DNA of 64,000 bases from Phoronis australis (taxonomy: Eukaryota > Animalia > Phoronida). The stretch lies in NCBI GenBank assembly GCA_002633005.1, contig NMRA01000003.1, positions 1,540,503-1,604,502 on the forward strand. Reading direction: 5' to 3'. The notes beneath the pieces were generated by a model that ran no database searches, was not told the DNA's origin, and saw only the letters and a list, made by a program, of their open reading frames with translations. A program made the position numbers and the translations under genes. Shown here piece by piece: positions 30,261 to 43,278 of the stretch (position 1 is its first letter; each line of letters starts with the position of its first letter).

Positions 30261-33200
30261 CATGTATAGTCTTCTTAGTGCTTCATGCAGCCTATGGGGT
30301 AAAATCTCATTAATCTAGGACAATTTAGGACACTTGTGAGGGACAAGAGGTTAGACTATTTTTATTTTCAAATTTTATCAAAAAGATAATATCAGTAAAG
30401 TAGAAATTAATGCTTTTTCCACGTTTAAAATTTAAACCACGGCTACCACCAGAGAAAAATGTAGACATTCACAACAAAGAAGAACAATTTTGGTCAATAT
30501 TTTTATCTGAAATTATTGAGATTTCGTTACATCGTCTTCTAATGTGCCATCTCTGTCATTTGTCTCCATATTCATATACTGCTTGAGTCTGCACATGACC
30601 AAAAATCTTTCACAAAAAATCTCAAAAAACCTCTAATTATGTTTTTACTTATCAGTCAGTGTGCAAGCGCCCATAATGGTTAGTGTAGATTAGACAGACA
30701 GCTGCAGAATATTGTTATAAAAGCTATCTTATATCTTATAATTCAAGATACTTTCCTTTGATGAGCATGATGCGATAAAGATAAAACTACTGGCTTATTT
30801 ATTAGTGCTAAAATTGCTAGAACATTAAAGTTTGTGACCTGAGCTGTGTATTGTAGCAGAGTTGGCATGACCATAATAGCTTGATCCCTGTAGGCATGTT
30901 TTGAGGTCGTTTTACCCACTACTACATGCACTAGGTCAAGTGCAAAATGAACAGTCTGGCAGGTAAATGGCAATGGGCTGTTTCAAGCAAAGTATAATTG
31001 TTAAATTAGACAGGTGTAAAGAGGGATTATGTTTACTTCAATGCAGGGAGATTTAAATTATTGAGCTGTCCTTGATTTGAACTATTATGTCCATTTTGTA
31101 GTGGGACTTGACATTTAGCACCATCGGAGGCCAGATTTATTAACTGAATTAATGGTGGCACTTGCACCAACTGTGTCGCTATTGACTATGAAAGAATGGC
31201 AGTAAATTCGCTAGCCACTTCTCTTTAAGAATATTAAAGTTACCTCACTGTAAGCAATTTGTCAGCAGGAGACTTTCTAAAAATGCAGAGGTATTTATTT
31301 TTTGAATACATATCCACTTTCCATAGCTCAACATTCATATACTATATAACTTATAAAATTGCACAACTAAAGTGGGTGAGATTTAAACAGTGCAGCTACC
31401 TAGAGGTGGCCAGAAAGTATCTATCTCTCTTTCCTTTACATGTGTACTGGGTGTACTCCATTCATTACTACAAAATCCCCTGCAGGGCTGCAGTTGTTAT
31501 CGGTTTAATTGGTAGAGGCATTACATTGGCTTATGTATGGATTTTCATACTACAGTCTTATTGATTGGATTTCTTAGTATGTACACTTTCAACACAGGAG
31601 AGCTACAGTAGGTGATTAAAGCCTTTATAATAGTAGCTGATCCTACCTGTGTTGTCTGTCCATGTTCATTATGGCTACAATATGTCCTGACCAGGCAGAC
31701 AGCCTGTGGAGAACATGTAGGGACAGCTCTATGATAACAGACTTATAAATACTCTAAAATTACTTAATGAGGTTTGTATTACTCTACTCTGTCTGGGACA
31801 CCTAACAAGATGCTGTTGTCACATGTTTCTTTTATGGTTAATATGTCAAACAGACCTAAAATTCTTTTGTCAAAGTCATTATGCTATTTGTCCAATACAC
31901 ATTGTGCACAGAATAAAAGTCCTGGGCCTAGGGTCTAATCTCTTTACTCGAAATTTGACTCAAAATTTGACCAATGGCATGGCACGCGTTGAACAAACTT
32001 TACAATTTTGTACGCGATTGGTTAACTTTCGAGTCGGAGTCAGAGTCAGGGTTCTTAGGTTAGACCCTGGGACCTGGTCTTATGCTTCTCCATACAGATT
32101 TGAGGTGAGTGCGGCATATGACCAGGTATGCCTTTGATTTCCTTTCGTAGCCAGTAGTTTCATGGTCTTAAAAGACCTGTTTTAGCTTAGCTTAGCTTTT
32201 ATGTCAGGATGTAGTTTACACGTTTCTAGACTCATAGCTACCAACTGTTGGTAAGAAAAAAACTGCAAGTAGCCTAGTCTGCTTTGGCTCTTCATAAACC
32301 ACTGTGCAACAGTTGAAATCTAACTTACACAACTGTCTTAGTCTTCCAGATTTAAACGCTTGAAACTTGAAGTGAAACCAAGTAGTTAAAAGCTTAATCC
32401 GTTGGTTAAATTGTCACCGAAATTGGCTATCCATAAAAAATCAACTTTTGATTAAGACCACTTACGGTTATGTAGTCAAATTGCAAGTGATTTTAGGACT
32501 TCAAAAAAATGACTACAAGAGTTGGCTTGTCATGTTGGGTCATTTTGTACACTGAGAATGATTTCAAGGAATAAAACATTGTCAGTCCTTTGCAAGCCCA
32601 GAAATCACGTACCATTGTAAGAAACACATCAACATCTATTTTATAGCAGTATCGGGAAGTTATCTAAATCAAAAGTTTGCTTCCTTGACAGAACATCAGT
32701 TAAATCATTGCTGCTAGTTACATGTCTGAAACAAATATCTACGACAAGCATTTGTGTGCCTCTTGTTTCAAAACCTTCTGGTAAAACCAGGGACATTTTG
32801 TCCATTACCTTGGACTGGATAAACACTTTGATAGATCAGGCCCCTTGATAACTGTGCAATTGTGTTCATTAAAGATTATACTTTATATTCAATGGTACAG
32901 TATTAACAGGTCCACTTTTGTGATATCACGATATCGCACCCATGTGATTTTGCCCTTAAACATTTTATGGCTTCTCAAATTCTATTTTGATGAATCCCAG
33001 TTACTTGGCAAAAAACTATGTTAGTCCTGCAAGTGACTTAGTTGGACATTCAAAAATCATGTAATCATTTATGTTTACCCTTTATCTGTTTACATATTTT
33101 ATAAATTTTGATGCGCACCTTCAGGATATTACCATTTTAATTGCATGCTTAGGTAGTCAAAATTTTGAATTTGATAAACGGTATCATGACAAATGGTGGT

Positions 33201-36200
33201 GTTCTGTGTGTTTTGTCTAATTTACGGATGTTGGCTTTTTGTCTGCTGTTAAATATCACCTATGTTTTGGTAGTCGTTTTTAAAGACCAAGGATTTCTAT
33301 TCAGTATGTGTTAGAATAGCTTGCCAGTTTGATTTCCAATCACCTGGGCTGTATACTCTATTTTATTCAATGAGGTGAATGTCTGTTGACTCAGGCTTGG
33401 TGCTTTTGAGAAGGATTGTTAGTAAGGGCTGTGCAATGTTTGTTTTCCTACTAAATTGACCATGAAGTTGCCCCCATTAAGTTGGAAGGGGTGAGCAGTG
33501 GATGGACCATCTATTTAATAAACTAAATCAGATTACTGGATTAACATGTTTCTTATACAATTTGGTCAAATCATGAGCTTCTTTGAGCTATGTGCATTGT
33601 AAGTATTTACTTGGATAAGTGCATTAGGAGAAGATGTTGAGGGTAATGTTGTCTTATATCTGATTTGTCTCAAAGAATAAGCCAACCAGACACTAATTCA
33701 TTTAGAATCAAGTCTCTTCAAGCAAGGAAGATGTAATGTTCTCAGTAAAAAGACCTCAAATTTCGCAATACAATTTCATTTTAGAAAAACGTTGTTGTGG
33801 GTCAAGTGACCCATTAAGCCTCAAGTTTATGGGTCAGTTTGGACGACCGTCATGGTCATGTTAATATTTTCTGTCCTTTTTCGATTTATTTTGGGGACAT
33901 TTTAATCCTTGGCCCTGGTGTTCTCATGGTTGTTACTGACATTTGCTTTGACCGACTGCTTTGCAATATCCTTGCGTCAGAATCTGAGTGCAATAAGCTA
34001 AGTTGTCATGACAGAGTCGTCATGCCTAAGTAAGGCCTGATTGTGACTCTATGTTAACGTTTTATGCACCAATGCTGCGGGCATGGTCCTAAAACTATCC
34101 TCGCAATTTTAGAAATAATATTAAGTACATGTGGTTATGTGAGTTAAATTGGCTTGAAATGTTCCCGACTTGTTTATGAATGCATTTGACTTTTACACTT
34201 ATTGCCATGCCTCACATATAGTACTTTTTAAAGCCCATTTAGGGAATCGGACTGTCAGATTTTCATAGTCCATCGACCAATCATCGAATTTCTACACACA
34301 AACCCTGTATTGTGTGAACTTCAGACGTGACTACTAGTAATTTAGATGGGTAATTGGCGCTGTTAAAAGCTTAATGTATCTAACTACTATTAGCTTCAGT
34401 GTTAGCTTCAGCTGTGCATGATTTTTAATAAATCAAAGGTGGCAAAGAAAAATGTGTTAATGGAGAACATGCAACAGTAATAATATTGGCAAGTATTGCA
34501 TTTCAAATAGCTATAACAACTGTCATTTTAGTCCATTACGAAACATTGCAAAATTGTTTGTTCAAGACTTCGTTTGGCATTCAGCTCATTCAATTTCCGT
34601 CTCTGTCTTTTTTTGCAAAAGAAAGACAAGTCCTGCACCCCTATAATGTAATAAAACCTTAGGTAAAAAACAAAAGTATTGATTATGTAACTGTGTAAAA
34701 ACAGTTAGTATTGTTCTAAAAGTGTTTAACATCTCATTGATCACATTGGTCATTTGCTTTTATCGACTTGTATGTGAGCAACATGTTGCAAACGGCAATA
34801 TCTACTCTGAAAATTCTTTGGTTATGTCTGTCCATGTCTTGTTCAATCTGTATCTGATTGATTTCTACCCGAGTTGTGTTTGACTCTGATCGATTATTTT
34901 TTATTATAATCCATCACCTGGCCATCACTATGGGGATTTTTAGGATGCTTTGATGGAACATAATTTATTACAAAGACCTGTTTTATAACAAATGTATGAA
35001 AACAAAAACAAGCCATTGCAATAAATTGGGATTCCCAATGCATCACATTTGGTATAATTAGGTGGTCTTTACATTAGAAATTGGAGTGCACCATTGCCCA
35101 TTGTCCCAACGTTCAAAATCAAGAAAGTTCAATTTTTGCTTTCAAATTGATGCTTGGCATCCCAAACTTTACAGATTGGCCCAAACTGGGGAGAGTTTTT
35201 ACAGTAGTCATCTAGTTAGGTTTGCTTAGCTGAGGTGTATTTCTCTGATTGCTAGCTTGCTTCCCACGATTTCATGATTGAAAGGCCGGTAAACTTGCAA
35301 CCTTATGAAGGCAAATTGAACGCCACTGCTGGAAGGATGAATTATTGGAGAAAACTGTATTTTAACGACTATGACTATGACGGTTGGGTAAGGTTCCATA
35401 AGCCATGTGTCTGGTGAGACTACATGTTGTTTCAACACATAATCATCCATTGATCACATTGATCACATAACTACACAGACTCAATGACATCTGGTGACAT
35501 CTGTTCATTGCTGCCAACACCAGCAGGAACTCCATGATGACTGTGTTGACAGGAGTGGAAAATCTTTAATGTTACTGTACTCTGTTCACTGATATTTAGT
35601 TACATAACCACAGTTACATAACTACTACAACAAAAACAGTAAAACACTTTAAGTCTATTTACATAACCACAGTTATGTAAATAGGCTTACAATGTTTTAC
35701 TGTTTTTGTTGCAGCATCAAGTGAGTGCAGTATACAGTTGATGATATTGTTCCTGGCAGGCATCTCATTGATAGTTCTATGTCAATACAGATGAGGTCAG
35801 CAGACTATGGCTGATATTGACTATTGTCAAGTTCCACAGCGCAGCTGATTTGCTTTTTGATTTTGTCCTTTTGTCAGTGGCAAATATTTGTTTTTTCTGA
35901 CAGGGTGAAACTTGTTATTGTTGGAAAGTTACAGACAAGTATCTAAATAATGGACAATTACCAACCAGTTATGGTTATTACAGCTGTCATCAGAGTTGAT
36001 AAATGGTCGGACCATAGGGTCATTTGAGCTTAACTACCTGTTGGAAACTATCACTCTAACACTTAAGTATCACACAGTGTTATTCATTGGAGACTAAAAT
36101 AACTTTAACTCACTGAACTCTTTTTTTTGGGTTCTCTGTAACTAATCTTAACTTGATATAAACACAAACTGCACAGCATTATAGTATTCCTATTTTTAAA

Positions 36201-36556
36201 TGTTACATTTGGACAATACTCTGATGTATTTCATGATGACCAAGCAGTCTCCACTTTTCCAAATAGCGAAGCACTTGTCACGCGGAATATTGAGCAGATC
36301 TAGCCAGCCCACGAGCAGGTGGGCAACACAACCATAGGCGTGTTGGAAGATACTGCTTGATTCGTTACCGGGAATTTCCCAAAATAAGCCCACCCAAAAG
36401 TACGCCCATGGGCATAGTTGTGTGTTTGTGTGCTGTGATTATCTGATGGTTTGTTCTCAAATACATGCGTAATATGTTTTGATGCAAAATTTTGTTTTTT
36501 TGGACAAGGCATAATTTGGGATCGCAATTTCACACAAATGACTATCGTTTAACGAT

Positions 36557-36787
36557 AGAGGAGGCAGTGTGGCCTGGTTGATAAGTGCCCGCTTTCTTTA
36601 CTCGAGGTCGTGGGTTCAAGTCCCACCAGGTCACACTGCTAAACCCTTGAGCCAGGTTTCTAGCTCCTCAGCTCGCTTTTAACCATATATCAATAAAGCA
36701 TAAAAATATTTCCAGGTGATCAGTACAATGGGCCCACATGCGAGGCCTGCGCATGTGTATCAGACCGCCTGCTATTATTTTTTTTAT
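36557..36787 (+). mobile_element. tRNA-derived SINE-like repeat
   Basis: A box TGGCCTGGTTGA, B box GGTTCAAGTCC, T/A-rich tail; second copy at 20678-20918. Confidence 0.75.
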
Positions 36788-37461
36788 ATTTTATCATTTA
36801 ACGAAATATTGGCTGAATTTTTTATATTTAATTGTAACAACACAGCATGAGGAACTGTTAAGGCAGTGTGTTTGCTGAATGCAAAATAAATGTGAGCAAG
36901 TAAAATTCTTACTTGTATGACACAGCTACCTATATTGAAAAGGATGCTTGCTTAAACTGCTGGCTTTAAAAAGTCATCTTTCCGAACATTTGCCCATGGG
37001 GTTATATTTGGAAATTCTCAGTACTAGCATAAAAATGAATTAAGAATGACTCTTAAATGAAAAAATCCACCTACGTTAATATTTTTCTTATAGTGACGAG
37101 TTCAGCTTGACCTCACCATTCAAGTAGGTCAATCTTGTTTTGGCATTCTTCCTCAAGATATGTGTTGTTTATCTTACCAAAAGAAATAATAAATAAAGAA
37201 CATTAATTATAACCTTTTCCACTGTCCTGCGATGTACATTTTACAAATACCGTACATGATTTCAACTAAGAATGACTTTATGTTTATGGTGCTATGAATA
37301 CATACTGTTCCAGGCGTAATTTTATTCATGACGGATTAGTGTGATACCGTTAATTACATAGATAAGTTAACCCCACTTTTCAGATTTACTCTGGTAGCAT
37401 CTGTAGTTTAGAAGTGATTGGTATCCAAGTCTTGATTAGACGAAGAATCCCAGTGTTGATT

Positions 37462-37538
37462 ATGCAACTGATAGAAGAAGAACTACATGATAGAGAACAA
37501 GTTGATGAGCTTCACATTCTACGTCAAATGGTAGAGAT
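37462..37538 (+). CDS. First coding part of plus-strand gene (MQLIEEELHDREQVDELHILRQMVE); exon starts 37384
   Basis: ccacttttcag acceptor at 37383, open frame, gtgagc donor in phase 2 matching exon 55826. Confidence 0.55.
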
Positions 37539-37697
37539 GTGAGCTGTCTTAAAGTTGTATATTTACTGGGTAATGTTTGTGGCATTGCATTTTTAATTTT
37601 TAAAGTTGTGTGATAGCCGTCATGCCAAAAGTTGTGTTTGTCTGCTTAGCGTTCCAGTGTTCAAACCATATTTGAACAATGGAATGCTAAAGCAATT

Positions 37698-37940
37698 CTT
37701 GGTAGTAAAGAAGGTGAACCTTCCTGGAAGCAGGTTGTATACTCTTGGTAGTGAAGAACTACAGGCTCGTTGTAAAGATGAACCTTCCTGGAAGCAGGTT
37801 GTACACTCTTGGTAGTGAAGAACTACAGGCTCATTGTAACGATGAACCTTCCTGGAAGCAGGTTGTATACTCTTGGTAGTGAAGAACTACAGGCTCATTG
37901 TAAAGATGAACCTTCCTGGAAGCAGGTTGTATACTCTTGG
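37698..37940. repeat. 64-bp minisatellite (unrelated unit)
   Basis: tgaaccttcctggaagcaggttgtatactcttggtagtgaagaactacaggctc.. x ~3.7. Confidence 0.95.
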
Positions 37941-38472
37941 ATACCACACTTTTCGCCGCCACCAATTCCACCAATTTTCTGGTCAAATTCGTCGGTACAG
38001 ATACAAAGTAGAGGGCCCAATCCTTGCCATGCGCATCCGATGGCCCTGAAGAGTGCAAGATAGATAAGTTTATTTCATTAGTAAAATGTTTGTGAAATTG
38101 ATGTATTTTGTAAAACTAAGGTTTTTTAACAGTCCATGGTATTCCTGTTTACCTGGAAATGATTGCAGGTGATATTTTAATTGCACTTTAATAAGAATAA
38201 TAATTAAGTAGATCATTAGTTTCTAAGTTCGTATGTAATCTGTTGCATATCTCAATTCATTTTACCAAATTTTATGGGAGAATTGCTGCCAGGAGCATTA
38301 TTTTAAGGTCTGTAAGGTTTTCCAGCCAATTGACATTTTAAAAAATAACAAATGTGTCGGTAACATTTTTATCAACTTTTAAAGGATGAGAATATTGAGC
38401 ATTATCCCTGTTTGTTCCTTGACTAGCTGTTGTTCTGGTTTTAATGGAGAATTCTAACTTAAGCTTAATATA

Positions 38473-38631
38473 CCGTAATCGTTCGGGTTAACGCCCGTGT
38501 TCAGTTAACCGCTCATCCCCGACTTTAAGTGGATTTCCGATTTAACCGCCCACTGCTCGGTTAACCGCCCTCCCCCGATTTCTTGGGTTCGCCAATTTAA
38601 CCGCCCAGGGCGTTAACCCGAACGATTACGG
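38473..38631. mobile_element. Tc1/mariner-pogo-type MITE
   Basis: Perfect 24-bp TIR CCGTAATCGTTCGGGTTAACGCCC, TA flanks, internal ttaaccgccc repeats. Confidence 0.85.
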
Positions 38632-41600
38632 TATTAAGACTCGATCAAAATTGCATGTTGACCCTGAGCTTTATGAGTCTACCTAGGACAGCCACTCAGT
38701 GGTGGTATGTCAAGTTACACATTTTCCAGTGGAAGTTCCTGTAAGTTTCCTCTCCTTGTCTGAACATTTTGGTTTGTCTCTGAACTTGAGGTCTTGAGTT
38801 TTTACTTGAATCTAGGGTTCATCAAGTGCAAACATAGACTAGCTTACATGTGTACATACCTATGTATACTCAAGTGCAGACCAATAGATACTTATCTTGA
38901 GTTCATTCTAAAGTAAAATGGGAGTAATTTCGAGTTTCACTTTGAGTAAAACAATTAGATCACAGATACAGATCATAAAAAATTCAGCATGATCATAGAA
39001 CTTCATCGTGAATATGACCCTTTTGTTATGCAATGCTGACTGAGATGCTGCTGAAAATTTTATGTTTTTGAAATGTGTTCAGAATGTTTCCTGAAAGTTT
39101 GAATCATCAAGATTTATTGGAGGGTTCTGGCGTTAAAACTGAGCTCATTTGACATGACCAGCAACGAACAAAGGGTTGTTACGCAACACCTACGCAAGCT
39201 CCACCTAGCTGGCAATTAATCTTGACCCAAATGTTTTTTCTATTGATTTCAAATGGTGTAGCCAGCTGAACACCTCACATTGAACGTATTGATTGACTGC
39301 TGGTCCATTATGCCATCACACAAGTGCAGTTGGAATTAGCTGAACGGTTATGTTGAACGAAGTTGGTAAAGTTTTTTGAATTGTTGGTGAATCAATTCAT
39401 AAGTCAGTTTCTTTTATTAAATCAGGATTGTCAGGTGAGAAGTTGGGTGTAGTGTGGTTATGGATATATATCCCGTAATGGTGCTAATTTAGGGTAGGCT
39501 TGGTATCACAAGGCCACGAGTCATCTGGGGACTCTCCTCATGTCATCCAATTTTCATCAAAGTAGGTGAAATTAAGTCGTTTTTGGACACGACAGTCTGC
39601 CATGGGTTGAGCTTTGAACTAAATCTATTGTCTCGTCCTGTGTTCAACCGTTTTGTCTGCAAGAAAATATCTTTTTGTATCTTGTGAACAAAAGTGTCCG
39701 AGTTCTATAACTGGTAGTAAGGTAAAACTGAAGAATAAGTTTAGTTTGGCAGCATTTAATGCCCATGTTAGCTTTATTAAACAAACTTCCATTGACGTTC
39801 TTCGTTCTTCGTCATTGGGAGTTAATACTACTTGTAGAGTAGCCAGACTGCAGTAGTAAGCATTACAGCTGCATATTAGATGGGACTTGAATAGAGTGTC
39901 TCTTACACAAGTTTGCATGCCTAGCAGCTAGTGATGAATTGGTTCACTTTGAAAAGAACACTTTTTGCCCTAGGCTTACAACAGTAAATTTATCTATTTT
40001 TGAATGGCTAAGTGATTCGTTACAAGAAAAATCATTAAACGCTACTTTGTTTTGAATGACTGGTTGTTCTCTGTACTATTCATTTTAAACGTAGAACTAG
40101 TTTAATTGGTGGCAAAATCAATGTTATTATAGTTGTTTAGGCTGGATTAAATAGAATTATCTCCTTAAAGTCAGTTGTTTGAGCATCTCCATGAATGGTG
40201 GGTAGATTTGTTCACTATAGAACGTCCATTCCAAATAACAAACAATCATGTGTATTTAGAGATGGTCTCGCATACGTGTTTCCTTTTTGTAATCCCAATA
40301 TGAACGTAAACTGTAAAATACCTATTTTTTCAGTAGGAATCCATATGATGATTGTTAGGTGGAACCGTGTAAGGAACCATTGATTAAGTTTTAGTTGCAT
40401 GTTGAAGATGACATCTATACTCATCATTTTTGAAAATTTGTAGTTTTTAAAGCAAGTTTATAAGATTCTTTCCTTGTTGCGGTAAGGACTTAATGTAATC
40501 TGTATTACTTATGGGAAATGGGTAAGACTGAGTTGACGCATAATGACATTTTGGTTGTCTTGTGTAGTGATGTTGCCAACTGGTATTATAGTGCTCTATG
40601 AGGCTTCAAAATTATACATGGACTGCTATCACCAGAGTGTGTGTGTGTATGTGCACCCGTTCAGTTGAGGAATCAGGGTTGTGGCTGGCGTGTGTTAATT
40701 TGTCTGCTACCTGGTATTATTGAAGAGATCAGGATAGGATATGTTTCGGAAATCTAGTGTTATGGATAAAATAACAAAACACATGTCTTCCATGGCTTCT
40801 TTCATGTAATTCACGGTCGGAAGACTTTTACTCATCATTAATTCTAGGAAATTGAGTAATTGAGCATTGACCAATTACCACGTGCTTATTTCCGATTCCT
40901 TATGACAACATCCTTCGTTCCTTTTGTGTTTTTGTTTTTTGACAAGATGTCTACATCTACGGATTTCCGGAGCGTGCATTTCCCATTTAAGTGCAAATGT
41001 CTGCTGCAAATCACTGCAAACACAGTGATGTTCTTTTAAAAATAATACGGACTTGATCATGCAATAAGAATCTGGCATTGTCTATGGAATGGATGGACTT
41101 TCGAGCAGGTGGGATGGATTGACTATTTCTCTATTCTTCTTAAAAGAAGCTCTAGTTAATATGCTTTTCTCTTGACCATAATCTTTGAGCCATCAGATTG
41201 GATTATTAATGTCATTGTGCTGATGGAATTATGATAAGTGTTGTCTATCGATTCTAGGCATATGGTTTCATCTTTTGGTCCTTTTCTTGGCCTAGCCCAC
41301 TCAAGTCAGTGACAAGAGTGTGTCCAGTTTGTAATCAGTGAGGTTCCTAATGGTACATCATGACAGTTTTGTGTTACGAGTTTGGAGGATTGCAGGAATG
41401 GAGCACATGCGTAAAAAGATTAACTTTTGTGGAGAATTTTAGTTAGGTCACTGAAAACAGCTCTTTCGTTTTTAATCTATTTAATGCAATTTCTATTTAT
41501 AATGGGCTAGGGTATCACCTGTCTGGTAAATCTCACCTGAATTTTGAACAAAAACAATAACAAAAGTGCTCCTTTTCACTTTGAAGGGGTTCTAACATTG

Positions 41601-43151
41601 TTATGAATGCCTATTAAGATATTTTTGATGATAGGTACTGCATAAAACTTGAAGATGGTGAATCACTAATTTGGTGCTTCTCATCTTTTTTGAAAAATGA
41701 GAGTTACGGTACCGTACATTCACTAATGTCCCGTATCTTATGTCGTGAATATTGAGATTTTACAGTAATCCTTATTCTGATCCCTTTGATTCTTGGAGCT
41801 TGTGTTGCAGTGAAGCCTGAGTTAAAGTAGTTTTAAAAATCTTAAAAAATAGAAAAAATAATGTAATTCTCAGAGCTCCATGTGTCTGTTTCGCGTATCT
41901 TTACAACATTGCTGCAAATGTTCAAACAATTTAAATTTTGAATACAGCTTGGAGTACAAGTTTAATTACTGAAAGTGAACAGCGCTGGATGTAGCCACCT
42001 TCCTAATATTGGGCATATGATTTGTTCTTATTTTCCTGTTAGATTAAAAACCCTTCGCTAGAGCCCACTTTCAAATTTTGCGATGGACATTTGACCCTTG
42101 CGCTTCGGCATAGTTCCAGATGTTCCGTTTTTCAATTCATATATCTTGTTTTTATTTTTCCAACTATGTGTCGAATCAAACCAATCAATTTCTTAAATTG
42201 CCTGTCATTTCTGAAGGCCTAGACTTTCACACTACCGCACAGGGGTTTCACTATTTCATGAGCTCATTTCTCATTTGGCGAACTGGAAATTTTACCAAGT
42301 CACATTTGGTGTTATTTACGGTATGCAAAGTGTCGAGCCATGGCAAAGTCAACTTTTGTTCAACATTTATTGTAGTTGAGTTATTCCCTCTTGTTTATAA
42401 CATGGTGCACTGATTGAGGAAAGTTTTGTGTGAAATGGGAAATTTCAATTGGTAGGGATAGGGTAATCACCCTTTAAGGTTATGTAAGACCTTATTCACA
42501 AGTCTGTGTGTTCAACCAAAATATATGCTAGGTGTTAATAGGTCTTTTTAGCAAAATGTATCAAAAAAGGAAGGTACACTCATAGTGAAACAATGGTATC
42601 AATAAACCTGACCAAATTTCATTTCATATTAATGTTTAAGATGATGTATCAAAAAATGTGTTTTTTGAATTATTGTTTATTTTTCATAAAAGTATTAATT
42701 AAAAGTCCTATTTTCAAAGCACCCTATGCAAAAATGGAACATTTTAAAAACAATTTTAACTGGATTTGGAGAACAGTGTATGTATCTGAAAGTTTTGTAT
42801 GAATCCAATCTGTCATTTTTGAGATATTGTGTTCTGATGTTAGTCAAATTTGAACATTTTTCTAGAGTCCTACATAACTCAATTAAGTACTGGATAGCTC
42901 AGTTACCAAGAATCAAATTTCTTCAATCACTTCTTAATTATTAATTGTAGACCCTTGAAGTTATGTATTTTTAACTTCTTGATAACCACAAAATCTTATA
43001 ATATGCACAAAAATAATGTCCAGATGTTCGTAATCACATGCGACTGTTTTTTTTTTCAAAAGGTTATCTTGACTGTTCAGAGATTGCCGTAATTCCACAA
43101 ACATTATGTTTTCCCATAAAACTTGCCAAGTTTGCTTTTTCATTCTGTTGA

Positions 43152-43278
43152 CACTTGCACATGAGTGGTCACAAGTTTGGGGATAACAGTTTTGAAATTT
43201 TGAGTAGGGACAAGGACTAGCTTGAAAGAGGTGTCAAGGAGGCCCATCTTCATTAAGGCATTGAATTAGTCACTCAGT
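43152..43278 (+). mobile_element. Penelope-like element GIY-YIG endonuclease C-terminal relic
   Basis: HLHMSGHKFGDNSFEILSRDKD*LERGVKEA[fs]IFIKALN*SL resembles the ERGVKEAIYI..PSLN motif. Confidence 0.7.

Noticed and set aside
29815-37940. Two minisatellites sharing a 64-bp period
   Set aside because: Units are unrelated in sequence; coincidence is most likely.
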